This document shows positions 1 to 13,100 of a stretch of 64,000 nt of DNA, in pieces. A program made the position numbers and the translations under genes. Location of the stretch: contig NC_086383.1 of NCBI RefSeq assembly GCF_036588685.1, forward strand, positions 18,910,001 to 18,974,000, read 5' to 3'. Under the pieces are notes generated by a model. It made no database searches and had not been told where the DNA came from. It saw nothing but the letters and a program-made list of their open reading frames with translations. Source of the DNA: Mytilus trossulus. Lineage: Eukaryota. Positions within the stretch are counted from its first letter, which is position 1; the number at the start of each line of letters is the position of its first letter.

Positions 1-170
1 AACTGCATTATATGTCCTTATTATCTAAAAAGGTTTTATGAAATTCTGTTGTGTGGTTTGAGAGAAGTTGCGATGACAAGAAACGGGACTGATGAACTGA
101 CGGATGGACAGACCGACAGACAGATAGACTGAGACAGGTCAAAAACATTATATCCTCTGCAACTTCGTTA
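1..170. mobile_element. HINE-like element end fragment
   Basis: GACG/GACA microsatellite followed by AAAACATTATATCC, same architecture as 46755-47048. Confidence 0.55.
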
Positions 171-920
171 GTTGCTTGCTGTATAATTGATGTAGGAATT
201 CATTATTTCAAATATATGTGTCAGCGTCATAAATTAATTTAAGGTATTGGCTGTATGGTGACCATTAGCTATCATTGTTCTCATCTACATTTGTACTGCA
301 TTCATATAGTAGATAGTTGTCTCATTGGAAAACATTCCACACTTACAGCTTATTTTTAGGCTATTAAAACTAAAGCATGTACATACCAGATTCAATTGAT
401 TTTGCACCATTTTTCTTTTTAATAGTTCTGTTCAAAAACATGTACATTAAGTCTTAAGTCTCTTTCACTGACATCTGTGGAACCAATTCTAAAAAGTTAA
501 ATTAAAATATTAGTATCAATACTGACACCTAAATTTATGAACTCGTATAAAATATTCAACAGTTGTCTTAAAGTGAAATTCAAAAAGAGCCATCAGAAAA
601 GACTTATCAAAATTTGATGGGTTGTGGTTTTTTTTTAAGAAAGATATTGGAAATACAATCAACTAAAAGTTTTATCAGTGTTGATTTAAAACAAAAAGTG
701 TCTTTCGACCCTTTCACTTAGAACAGAACAGCCATTACTGTGATTTTAAATAGATTAATGCATAAGTAACATGTGCAACAACGGCAATATATATAAACCG
801 AAGGTAAGAATATCTAAGTGAAGTACATTGTATTTGCCACTGGATGTAAAGCAAACAAGTAAATATTTGTATATTCTTATAAATTGAAAGGTTGCTGTGT
901 CTCATCTCTGACATTCTTAC

Positions 921-974
921 CTCAAAACAATTGGTACTTTTCCACATTATCATAAACACAATGATGCAGATCAT
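921..974 (-). CDS. First coding exon segment of an unidentified secreted or membrane protein (signal-peptide-like MICIIVFMIMWKSTNCFE); gene continues left of the window
   Basis: Minus strand: pyrimidine tract ATTCTCTTCTTTTTTAAG acceptor before 1002, ATG at 974, 18 codons with hydrophobic core and T-N-C cleavage-like end, then GAG|GTAAGA donor (intron starts 920, phase 0). In-frame TGA two codons upstream of the ATG. Confidence 0.55.
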
Positions 975-1002
975 CTTTCATCCAACTTCAAATGGCTCAG
1001 TC
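975..1002 (-). other. 5' UTR part of the exon 921-1002
   Basis: Lies between the AAG acceptor (AG at 1004-1003) and the ATG at 974. Confidence 0.5.
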
Positions 1003-1589
1003 CTTAAAAAAGAAGAGAATATTGTTTTTTATTGGTACATTGTATAAAAATTGATTTTGTTATAAGTCAATTAAAACCATACTAAATATTATTTTAAACA
1101 CATGCACATTTAACTGTTCAATTAAATTTAAAAAAAAAAAAAAAAAAGTAATGGTAGGTACATGTAGGTATTGATTTAATAGCCTACTATATTCTATTGT
1201 ACCTGTACCAAGTCAGGAGCCTGTAATTGAGTGGTTCTTGTGTTTTGCTGTTTGTTATATTTGTTTTTCTTTTAATGTTTTGCATAGTTTGTTAAAATAT
1301 TGTGACATAACACCACTTTCCTGTTTGGTGCACACAAATTTAGTTCAATTCCTCCACATTCTATATGTGCCTGTCCAAAGTCAGAAGCCTGTAGTTGAGA
1401 GTGGTTCAGGTTGTTGTTGTTTTGTGTACTGTCAATTATGTCTTGTTTTCGTTTACTGTTTTGTAATAAATTGGACTTTAAATTTTTTAAATTGAATCGT
1501 TTCATATTGTAAATGTTCTTGTCAGGATTGTCAAGACCAATTATTGCTATAATACATGGTATAGGTTTCATAGGCGGATCCCGGGGCCC

Positions 1590-2135
1590 TAGTTTTTAGT
1601 GGCTTTGAACTAGCTTTCCGTAACTTTAAGTACTCTCAGATCTGTACTTAGTATCTTTTTGTTTGGATATACAAGTACCCCAGCCACGTCCACTCTGTTT
1701 TTGCTACCGGTAGTTGTATTTTATTTGTATCCATCTGATGAGTTTAGCAACTGTTTAACAGATTTTTATAGTTTATTCTTTTGTGTAGTTACACAACTGT
1801 CCCAGGTTTAGGGGGAGGGGAATTCCTGCTATAAATGTGTTTAACCCTACCACATTCTGTATGTATGTGCCTTTCCAGAGTCCGGAGCCTTTAATTCAGT
1901 GGTTGTCCTTTGTTGATGCTTAACATATTTGTTTTTCCTTCTTTTTTTTTGTACATAAATTCTTATTTGAGTTGTTTTACATTTGTCAGTTTGGGGCATT
2001 TTATAGTCGTCTATTTGGTACGGGTGTTGCTCATTGTTGAAGGCCATACAGTGACCTAAAATTGTTAATGTCTGTGTCATTTGGTCTCTTGTGGAGAGTT
2101 GTCTCATTGCATATCATACCACATTTTCTTATTTG
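1590..2135 (+). mobile_element. Long copy of high-copy interspersed repeat family A (unclassified)
   Basis: Ends CTCATTGTTGAAGGCC...GAGAGTTGTCTCATTG...CATACCACAT; the same end recurs near 2398-2533, 11085-11260, 54985-55050 and inverted at 62338-62463; internal parts at 1204-1565. Confidence 0.8.
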
Positions 2136-2578
2136 TATACAGCTTATGGCTATTCCTGGCTGACCCAAGAATCTGTCTCTCATGAACTATTGGTATCATA
2201 CAACTATCACTTTTCTATTGTGGTGTCAGATGTTTTGTATTATGACTTCAAAACTTTACGGGAACCACTGTGATGTCCACAAATAGTGATAAGGTGTATA
2301 TTGGTAATTGTAATAAGTTCTGTAAAGTCAGAAATTATTTCATGCATTTATTGATTAAGATATTGTCATTTCAAAATAAAGTGTGATTCCATAGTGGACT
2401 ATACATTATGGGCTTTTCTCATTGTTGAAGGCTGTACAGTAACCTATTAATATTATTGTTAATTTCTGTCCATTTTGGTCTCTTTTGAAGAGTTGTTTCA
2501 TTGGCAATCATACCAGATCTTCTTTTTTTTATACTGTCAGACCTCATAATTATTTCGACTATGTTTACCCTATTCCCG

Positions 2579-2678
2579 TAGTCCAAATAATTATGACGTC
2601 TTGAAAGGCTATTATATTTTTTTTCCTTGACAACAAAAAATATAATAGCCTTTCAAGATGTCATAATTATTTGGACTA
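2579..2678. mobile_element. TAG...CTA foldback MITE (Academ-like)
   Basis: TAGTCCAAATAATTATGAC... arms about 43 bp; TGTTTACCC on both sides (2562-2570, 2679-2687). Confidence 0.7.
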
Positions 2679-2862
2679 TGTTTACCCATATAATTTATAA
2701 TTACATGTTCATTGTTGTTTTTAATTTTGCATAGTATAATCTGACTATAAGGAAACGACCATTTGATATTCTGTCACAGGAGGAGGCACGATTAATTTTG
2801 GAATATGTATTTTGTGATTCCTGATTGTTTTATTTTTTAGTTGTTTAAAAAGATAGTTGTAA

Positions 2863-3254
2863 TTATTACATTGGTTGCAATAAATTACATTGATTTCCCA
2901 GTTAAATAAAAACCGATAATTTCACATGTGAATTAAATGTGGTTATTTCACTCTCTGACGTCATACAACAATAGGCGTTGTCAGGACGTCGATAACGTCG
3001 GATCAAAACAAATTGTGAATGCGTAGTAAAAACATATAGTTCCTTACATTTTCTACATTAATTTCATAAAAAAAACCATTAGCCAATGTAATAAAAAGTA
3101 TAACTAATCGCCGTATTGGAATATAAAAAATAAGACAACTTGTGACCGAACGCCGCTATGGATTAAACTCGTGCTACGCACTTGTTTAATCCATGCGTCG
3201 TTCGGTCACGCGTTGTCTTATTTTTTATATTCAAATACGGCGATTAGTTATACT
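2863..3254. mobile_element. Palindrome-ended non-autonomous element (Crypton-like, tentative)
   Basis: TTATTACATTGG / CCAATGTAATAA inverted pair (2863, 3083-3094) followed by a long hairpin 3097-3254. Confidence 0.5.
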
Positions 3255-3317
3255 ATAAATATCCTTTATTTTGGTGTGTAAAGTAATTTTTCATTCTGAT
3301 ATCTTTAAAGGCAAGGC

Positions 3318-3693
3318 TAGTCCAAATAATTACGACGTCTGGCAAGGCTATTTTATCTTTTTTCTGGGACGACATTAGTCCAAATAATAACGGTATAACA
3401 TCTGGCAAGACTATTTTAATTTTTTTCTGGGACGCAGTCGTAAGAAGGTGTCCCCGAAATTTTTTTAAAAAGCCTTGCCAGATGTGATAATTATTTGGAC
3501 TAGGACGATGTCATAGGCAGGCATTGGGCCGGGCTAGATGTTATAATTATTTGGATCATGTAATAATTATTTGGATCATCCAAATAATTATAACATCTGG
3601 CAAGGCTATTTTATGTTTTTCTGTGACGCCGTCGTAGGAAGGCACCCCCCCCCCCCCCTTCCCCCCCAAAAAAAAAAATAGCCTTGCCAGACG
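3318..3693. mobile_element. Cluster of self-nested TAG...CTA MITEs (Academ-like)
   Basis: Inner copy 3376-3502 with 9-bp TSD GGACGACAT / GGACGATGT inside another copy. Confidence 0.7.
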
Positions 3694-3793
3694 CAGGACA
3701 TAGGGCAGGACAAGATTATTCAATTTTCAACACAATATTAAATGGCCGTTTCCAAATTAAAAAAATAGCATTGAAATGGACACATATTCATAC

Positions 3794-4100
3794 CCCATGA
3801 TCGTTATTGGCACTGATTTTTGTATAGCCTGTAACTGTTGTCACTTGCAGTTGTGGATATTTGTCTTGTATGTGCGTTTGGATTTACACTGACAGTTTAC
3901 AAGTTGTAGTCAATTTCCTGGGCAAGTTGAAAACCATCTTCTGAATGGCAGACGTCATTTTTTCCTTTATATCAAGCTGTTATACATACAAAGGTTCTCG
4001 TTGTTATCTTTAAAATATCTGTCCTGCAGCGTTGTCTGCGTCACACGATCTAGATCTAACATGAAAACCAACTCCGGATCATTTTCCGGATTATAGACGA
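3794..4100 (-). other. Candidate proximal untranslated first exon (5' boundary uncertain)
   Basis: GG|GTATGA donor at 3794/3793; non-repetitive sequence next to a locally CpG-rich stretch. Confidence 0.3.
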
Positions 4101-4830
4101 TTACGTTCACCGATTACCATGAAATCGCCCGCCGAGAATAAATATATCGTACAAGGAAATTTTTACTTTATTTCTGAAACTAATATAACACACGTGCTAT
4201 AGTTGTCTCAGCGGTCTTGTATGATTAATTGATGGAGGTTTAAACCGTTTTCAACCACTATAAATATCCGTCTACTGATATGGAATAATTTATAGGCAGC
4301 CTAATTTATAAACGGACGTTATATATGCCCCCTTATAGTTTATAGTGTATTTACTGGAACTATTATACTAACTGTTATTGTAATAGTCCTAGGTTTTTAC
4401 CACAGACGTATTTTTACGTAGCAAGTTAAACAAACGGACAAAAAAACGGGATTTTTAGGGCTGCATTTGTCATAAAAACAATTAACCTACAAACCGACTC
4501 GCCATGCGAGAAAAACGTCACGAACTTTAAATCTGGTCGGGTAAAAAATCGTTAGTATACTGTGACTGTCCCTGTGAGAACTGATCGTATTCTTATATAC
4601 TCCACTTTGTAATAATGGCAACTTTTAACAATGTAATCATATTTTCCCTACAGGAGCCGAGATGAAACGATAATTGATTCCTGTCAATCAAGTAAGCAGT
4701 TAACCCGATATCTTAATTTCTCACCAATCTAACCTGGTGCAGTCGACACGCTTTGGTACTTCGATGTCAGTTATCTATTTCGTAAGCGATGTCAAGTTCC
4801 AACGCTCAAGCAGCAGATTGTATAGTTAAT
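4020..4830. promoter_or_regulatory. Putative promoter / CpG-retaining unique region
   Basis: CpG density clearly higher than the CpG-depleted surroundings, no recognisable repeat, adjacent to candidate exon. Confidence 0.35.
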
Positions 4831-5097
4831 GCAATACACAAATCATTTAAAAAAACGCCATTGGCTGTTACAGCAGAAGGTCACCAACAGGTCTTCAATG
4901 CAGCGAGAAATTCCCGCACCCGGAGGCGTCCTTCAACTGGCCCCTAAACAAATATATACTAGTTCAGTGATAATAAACGCCATACTAATTACCTTTTTAA
5001 AACGGAATTGACCTTTACCTTAAAATAGTAGATCAATGATTTTATCTTTCATCTACATCTACGGCACTGGAAAAAGGTACTTTGTTGGAATTTTTAA

Positions 5098-5668
5098 AGT
5101 CATAAGAAACCTCAAATAAAAAAAAAATAATGCATATGTTTTTTATAACTCAATGGATAGTTTTCATTATAAAACTTATGTACATATACATTTTTTCTGA
5201 AGAAAATTCTTTAATTTATTCGTATTTAGAAGAAGTATACTTATTTGAATTGCTTCCTTCCAGCAAGCAATTCCCCCGAAATATTTTCCGTATGCAAGGT
5301 GACCTCAGTGTGACCCATCTCGTAAAAATCCGGTGACCACAGTACGCATGGATGTCCTTAAAATAAACTATTATCTGAATTTACATGTTAAACACGTGCT
5401 CAATTTCCATGTTTTTTTGTTATTTTTCGTCACTTGTTGACAAACAGGTGACAATCGTTAAACTTCGGCTTCAAAACACGAACTTTAATTACCTGCCATA
5501 TTTTCACAACAACACTGACTGATTGAAAAAAAATTGACGATTATACGAAATTTCCACGAAAAAAAATGATAAATTCGAGCACATAAGACTTAGTTTATGA
5601 TGTTTGTATGCATTGGTTCAAGAATTGGGAGAACATTATTTTTCATCGGTCACTCGTTTCTTATGACT
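5098..5668. mobile_element. Kolobok-type non-autonomous DNA transposon
   Basis: Perfect 13-bp TIR AGTCATAAGAAAC, TTAA TSD on both sides, purine-purine terminus. Confidence 0.85.
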
Positions 5669-7009
5669 TTAAACTTGTCAGTGAAAAAAAAACAGTGAAT
5701 AACGGGCGATCTGAATCTGATGAAAACTGGTTTTTCACCCAAACTTTAACTGATATTTGTTGAATTTATTGAAAACAGAACATTGCTGTTGAAAGCAGTG
5801 CCGAAATTTTCTTTAAAAAAGAAATATGACATTGGAATGAAATCACTGAAACTTGGCTTAATCTTTTTTTTCACATTCCCGTAATTTTTCCAATAAAAAA
5901 CTATCATTTCATGTTCAGGGGGAGGGTTGGGATGTAATCAGTCACAAAAAAAAGTCGAGAAAAACAGGCAGGACGAATTTTTTTATAAAAAGGTCAGGAT
6001 AAGAAAATGGCAGGACTGATGACTGATAAGAGCGAATATATAAGAACGCATGCAGGAAAGAGATATTACAACACGTGAAATAAAATACAGGACAACATGT
6101 TTCATCCTAGCCTCCCGTATAAATCAAATGGTAACTCCCCGGCGAAGTCGGGACGTATGGCAAACAACATTGCACATTTACTCTGGCTGCAGCAAAAGTG
6201 TGAGACACACATAGAAACCATTTACTTTTTTAAATATAAAAAAACCATGCAGACATCAGTATTTAATTTTTATTAACACTCGACAACGAATATTCCATAT
6301 TTTCTTTTTTCCTCTTGTCTGTAATCGTCCGAACACATTCTTCACGCTAAGCTTTTCTTTTGTTGGACAGCATCTGTTTTGAACTCGAAAGAGCATCAAC
6401 ATAATGGGGGTCTATAGTGGCTCTCAGGCCATATATACTGTGCAGTTTTCAATGGGTAATTATCAATTAGATCAGATCCGAATTTTCATGATAAATACGA
6501 TAATCTGAGGACTAGTATGTTCTTCGTGATAACTAAGAAATAAATGAATGAAGATGAGTGGAGTTAGTAATACCTTAGCTATACCTAAAACGGATCACTT
6601 CTTAGAATTTCGAATAAATCAATGGGGTCCTATTTCACGGAGAAACATATTTCTTAAATGCAATGAAACAGTGTTGAAGGCCTTACATTGACCTATAATG
6701 GTTTACTCTTATAAATTGTTATTTGGATGAAGAGTTGTCTCATTGACACTCACACCACATCTTCCTATATCTATAATTGCTGAGAACGAAATTTCTCTTT
6801 GTCTAATTTACAAAATGACATCCCTTTTGTTCAGTTATCGTTGATATTTTTGCACATTGCAAATTTCGTTATACACGGCAATACAGAAAAGATAATTCTT
6901 ACAGTTTTGTCTCTCCTTGAAGAAACCGAAAATCGAGACATATGTAGTATTATGTACATGTATTATGCTGTTTCCAGCATCAGAGGGTGGCTTTGAACAT
7001 CGAATTACA

Positions 7010-7610
7010 AGTTAATTTGTGACTGAAACTTGCTTAGTTTATATGTATAAGTTTGATAAGGCCTGAGTTAAAGGGGAACCACTGGTGTTAGTCAATGTTA
7101 TTTGGTATGCATTTAAACTAGCATTGGTGCATCTCATTTCCATGAAAATTATTTGATCCTGCACCAACTGCCATGGCCTATTGACTTTAAAACGTTTGCT
7201 AAGTCTTCATGTATTAGTTTGTGATTAGGTCACTTTATGGGGAACCCCTAGTTGAACTAGCATAGTACATACATCCTCATTTCCATCGAGATTAATTGAC
7301 CCTACCCCCTCAGTCATGGTCTGAAGATTTTGAAACTTTTGCTTAGTTTACAACTGTATTAGTTTGTGATAAGGTTAATTAATGCATTGGGAACATATTG
7401 TGATATGTAAATGATATTTGGTATGCAGTTTAACTGGTATTGCTACATCTCATTTCCATGGAGATAATCTGACCCTGCTCAATCTGTCATTGTCTATTGA
7501 TAATTGGTATGCATATGGCAAATTTTCATTTTCATGGAGATTGTTCAGCCCATAATACCTTCAGTCATGGTTCATTGACTTTGAATATTTTGCATTACTT
7601 ACATGTAAAA
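7010..7610. repeat. Degenerate internal tandem repeats (about 150 bp), HINE-like
   Basis: Recurrent TATTAGTTTGTGAT / TGGTATGCA / CTCATTTCCATG / GTCATGG blocks. Confidence 0.45.
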
Positions 7611-8052
7611 CTTTAACTATTTTGATTTCAAAATTTACATTTTAGTGTCAGCATAACAAAAAAAATTAGTCATCTCTGTGTAAACAATTTATTAAACATA
7701 GTTCTGACACACTTAGAAAAATTAAGACATTTTTCAGAAATTCTGAATTTGTCTGAATCATACTCTTACTGATACATACAGATTTTTAATTCGTCTTACA
7801 TTCTTGGATATATTTCTGACAATTTCAGAACAATTCAGACACTTTCAGAAGTTCTTAATTTGTCTGAATAAAATTCTTAATGATTCAGAAATATTCAGCA
7901 AAAATTCAGAATTGTCAGTATCAATTCAGAATAGAAATATCAGGATTCAGAAAAATTCAGACATCATTTATCATGTAAGAAAATTTCAGAAATAATTCAG
8001 ACATTTTCAGACACATTCAGACAATATTCAGAAAAAAAAAATCATGAGGGAA

Positions 8053-8547
8053 GGGTCTTCATTATAAAGGGGGGTTCTACAGTATGGAAAACACTTCATG
8101 AAAATGACACGAGGGTCTTCATTATAAAGGGGGGATCTACAGCATGAAAAACACTTCATGAAAATGACACGAGGGTCTTCATTATAAAGGGGGGAGTCTA
8201 CAGTATGGAAAACACTTCATGAAAATGACACGAGGGTCTTCATTATAAAGGGGGGAGTCTACAGTATGGAAAACACTTCATGAAAATGAAACGAGGGTCT
8301 TCATTATAAAGGGGGGATCTACAGCATGGAGAACACTTCATGAAAATGACACGAGGGTCTTCATTATAAAGGGGGGAGTCTACAGTATAGAAAACACTTC
8401 ATGAAAATGAAACGAGGGTCTTCATTATAAAGGGGGGAGTCTACAGCATGGAAAACACTTCATGAAAATGACACGAGGGTCTTCATTATAAAGGGGGGAG
8501 TCTTCAGTATGGAAAACACTTCATGAAAATGACATGAGAGTCTTCAT
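8053..8547. repeat. Minisatellite, 60-61 bp, about 8 copies
   Basis: GAGGGTCTTCATTATAAAGGGGGGAGTCTACAGTATGGAAAACACTTCATGAAAATGACAC. Confidence 0.95.
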
Positions 8548-9294
8548 GGGTTAAATCCATGTCTGTATTCGTTAACTTTGGTCACTTTTCTCTATTCTAC
8601 ATTTGCATTTATCATAATTCTTTTATTCCATAATGCCCATTAGTGTCTAATTCCTTAATTGTTTAACTCTTAATTTTCTCTACTTTTATTTTTTTTATCC
8701 ATAATTCTCTATTCTTTATTTGTTCAGGGCCCTTTTTCTGTAAATTTGGTCATGAATCTATAATATGTAAAAAAAAATCAGACTCACACATATTTATATT
8801 GTACACAGTAATGAGTTTTCAAAACACAGTGGAGTCATTTCACTTATAATGGCTGAAATTTGAAACTCGTCATTTTAAGACTTTGTCTTCTACAGTGTAA
8901 CTGATATTTATATGTCTATTTAGTGTTAAATTTGTGTTTCATGTAAACATCCGTAAACTGACACTTTTTGAAAGTCCCATCCAATTCTCGATTCTACCAG
9001 AATTCTAAAGAGGCTTTCGATAAGACCATATTCATGTAAACATCCGTAAATCGAGACTCACTGAGTTTGATAGTCTCGTCCACTTGTCATAATTCCACCG
9101 GAATTCTCAAGAGTTTCCATAAGTTCTTTCTTAAATTCCCAAACATCTTAATTTTTTTTCTTTTTACATAGAATCAGAATGCCACATTATTTTGAATCTG
9201 AGAAAAGAAGCTTGAAAAAAGACAATTGTTTATTACAAACACATAATTCACTCCAACTTTTTTATAATTCAACTTCCATGAATGAATGCCAGAA

Positions 9295-9482
9295 GGTCAA
9301 CCATGGTCAGATGTACGACCATGGTCACAAAGGTTGAAAACAATGATTTTACAATTGACCATGGTCAAGCAACCACATGTAATTTGAACTTGGTCAACCA
9401 TGGTCAACAAAGTGGAAAACCATAGTTGACCATGGGTTCAATTTTAGCACATCCATGGTTATCAATGGTCAACCATGGTTGC
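9295..9482. repeat. Cluster of palindromic (TG)ACCATGGT(CA) motifs
   Basis: About seven CCATGG-centred copies in 190 bp. Confidence 0.7.
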
Positions 9483-10024
9483 ATTTTAACATTAGGCTAA
9501 AATAGTATTCCAAAATATTGTTCAAAGTTAACCTATAATTTTAAACAAAAATTTGTAAAAACAGGAATCAAACTCCAAATCTAGTCTTCTGTTTTATCAT
9601 GGCAATGCAGCAAGAGTTCCATCAGATTTTAAATTTCTTACGATTTTCAATAACATTGATGCCCCAGTATTATTTACTATTGGTCTTTAAACAAGGTTTC
9701 AGATATTGTCCTATTCAAGGTCTTCACAGGCCAATTTAAAACTAAAGTAATTAAACTTTAAACATTCCAAAAATCGATTTTGTCACAAGTTTACGAGTTC
9801 TTATCATGACTAATATACAAGTGAATCACAACAGTTTCAAAACAAATAAAATGTAATCCATTACATAAAAAAAAAATTTTGAAAGGAAATTAAAATGTTA
9901 AAATACTTGTTAATTTCCTGATTAGCGTAAATCAATCAAAATAGTTTAATGACTTGATGATTGATCCTATTTAAACATGTCCTGATCAATGTTTCTCTGT
10001 TATAACAGTAAATATTGTTAAATT

Positions 10025-10180
10025 TGATTTTGATTTTTGTGTTTTTAAGGCTACTTTTAAGCTGCCTGGCAAGGCTTTTGGGCTATTTTATGGCGCCCAG
10101 TTTTAATTGGTGGAAAGATCAGCCAGACCAAGCACTGACCTTGGATAGGAAAACTGAGAATCTTAGCCAATTAAGATTAT
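10025..10180 (-). mobile_element. Degenerate V-type SINE fragment
   Basis: GACCTTGGATAGGAAAACTGAGAATCTTAGCCAATTAAGATT matches the other copies. Confidence 0.55.
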
Positions 10181-13100
10181 TTAAGCTTTAAATCAGTTAG
10201 CATTGCCATTTGTGGCTGCAAGTACTTTAATAACAATGTCTACAAAACTGTCACAAGAGAAGTACAGAAGAGACATCAATCTTATAAAATAATACTAACT
10301 TAGTCCATTCATTATTTGATGGATTCAATTGTCATGGATTTAATGAGTGTTGACCATTTTGAGGTCCAAGCAAGTATAAATTGTCAATACACTTTGTCGG
10401 ATGATTTACTGTTGTTTTGAACATTGCATCTGATGAAAAAATATTTTTTAAATTACCTATTTGATAAATTTTAGGTACATGCATTTATAACTTATCCACT
10501 TAATTTACATAATTTACATGTATGCAGAACTTGAATACATTTCAAATACATGAAATATTCACTTAAATGCAATTTTCCCCCTTTCCAAATACATGTTTCC
10601 CCTTCAAAGGGCGACTGAGTCTGTCTGACTTGGCAGTAGTTAAAGTATATAAGACTCATATTAAACACATTTGTGCAAAGACTTAGTACTTTTATGTTGT
10701 TCAGTTTAATGTGTGATATGAAACAGGATTAGGGGGATTATCTCTCGCAGCAGACAATAAGAGGATTAAACTGCAATGGATTACTCAAGATTTAATTTCC
10801 GACACAAAATCTTATTTTTATCTTTTACAAAAGCTCTCTTTAATTTTCAATATAAATACTGTAAATTCTGTAAATTCATTATTTTTATGATGGTTTTACT
10901 GAAGTGTAAAATGAGACAAGATGTATTTCGCCTCTTCTGTAGAGCAAACTTTTGATATTGTTATAGCTATACGCCCAGAAATTGTATTCATTAATCTCAG
11001 ATTTTTCCTTTTTTTTCACAAATTTTAACAAATCTGATTTACAAATGCATGTAATGATTTTTTATATAAATACAAAAGTCATTGTTAGTTTTATCATTTG
11101 GATTGTCTTCCATTGTGCTTTCGGGGCCTTTAATTGAATCATCCCACTATGCGGTTTAGGCTTTGCATTATTGTTGAAGGCCTTAATTACAGAGTGACCT
11201 ATAATTGTTAATTTGTTAGTAGTTGTCTTATTGGCAATCATACCAAATCTTCTTCTTAAATACATGTACATCACTAAAAGTCAAATCCGTACAGTGTCAG
11301 AATTTTGGAAAAGCTGCATACAGAAATACTGTATCAGATATCAGAATGCGGCTTATTATTGCATAATACAGGCAGGCCCGTAGCAAGGAATTTCCATGGG
11401 GGGGTTCATTGGACTCACAAACTCGACTTTAACAGTCACAATTCGAACAGAACATTGACTTTGACAGTGCTTATTTGTTTTCAAGGTTGCTGGTTATGGG
11501 TATAAAACGCATTAATAAAAACCTCTCAATAATTTATAAATTTACAGAAATAGTCTCAACTAACTATATTATAAAAGGAGATACATATTTACACAATGGG
11601 GTGCTGCAACCTAAACCCACAGCAAAAAAAACAACATAAAGAGATCATCGACATCATCAAATATTTCTATTCAAACTTTTAGATCTAATTCATAATGATT
11701 ATATAACTATATTTATATCTGAAAATTGACTAAATTACTCTCCTAATTACTGCATTCAAATTATTAACATTAAAGATGAAGTACATGTTAAAATTATATA
11801 CTCTTTTCCAAAAACTCATTAGGAATTTATTGACTTTTGTCTAACACAAAAATTGATTTAAAAAAATGTTTTAATATTTTTCTCAAGGTCGTTAATTTAA
11901 AACTTAATTGTCAACTGAGAATTTTAACTGAACAATTATCGTTTTTTTTTAAAATTATGTTCCCAAATGTTTGAATTATACTACCATAGACAATTAACGT
12001 TTAGAAATAGAAAAAATTTAAAAGTATACATAAAATGGATTTTATATGGCTTTTATAAGTAAACTTATTTGTGCGTTCATGTAAAAAACATTATGCACTA
12101 ACAAATTCATACAATATTCTCTTTGTATATCGACTGAAAATAAAACTTGGTATGAATATTTGTGTAAGGCCTTTAAAATTGAAGGCACAGGTCCGTTAAA
12201 GTCCTTTTTCTTTTCTTATATAAACAAACAATATTATTGTATAATAGTGCAAAAAGCCTTTTACTAAATACAATAGTTCTGGGGTTTTTTCTATCGAATA
12301 TTGTTTATTTTAAGTCTTTTATTATTGACTGGCATTTGAATAAAGTTCAAGTTTAAATTACAAGAACAGTGTTGGTATTTCAGTAACTGTTATATTTTTA
12401 ATATTGCATCTGACAAGAAATTAAACTTTAAATTGACTTTTGTGGTAAATTTCAGATTTCAGGTATATGTATACTCTAACCACTCAAACATGTCTATTCC
12501 ATACCTTAGTAGAGGAAAAAGACTAAAATTAAATATGCTTCAGGTTGAACTTTATAAGCAAGAAATGATCAAATAACTATGTAAGTGTAAACTATTGTAC
12601 ACAAAATGAAATCAAGGCAATACAAGGGGGGGGGGGGGGATCATGCCATTTTAAACAGGGGGGTTCCCAACCCAGGACAAAGGGGGGTTCCAACTTGATG
12701 TCTCCCTTCAAATGCATTGATTGTCCAAAAAAAGGGGGTTCAAACCTTCTGACCCATCCCCCTGGATCCACCACAGTAATACACATACAAAGTGTCAGGA
12801 TCACCTTTATATGGATTGAAGGCATTGTCAATGTATTATAAATTATTTTATATTTATTTCAAATGCACAGCTGATGGTATACAAAAAATAACAAACAAGA
12901 ATACAAAACAAATAGAATGAAATATACAAACACCACCATAACAATGTTTATTTCAGAAACGACTGTTGTGAAATACACCACTGTTTTAGAGTCCATATTC
13001 TTCAGGACTTTGGACTTTTATATAAATGGAGCCACAAACTGCATAAGTTAAGGAACATGTATTATTTTTTTTATATAACACATATTTAAAGCACTGTTAA

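Larger units (their letters stand above)
2751..3753. mobile_element. Outer TIR element hosting nested insertions
   Basis: TIR GGAAACGACCATTTGATATT vs GGAAACGGCCATTTAATATT (18/20); TAA/AAA flanks. Confidence 0.6.

Noticed and set aside
1730-1775. CTGATGAG as a possible hammerhead core in family A
   Set aside because: No stem II closing to GAAA and no NUH site.
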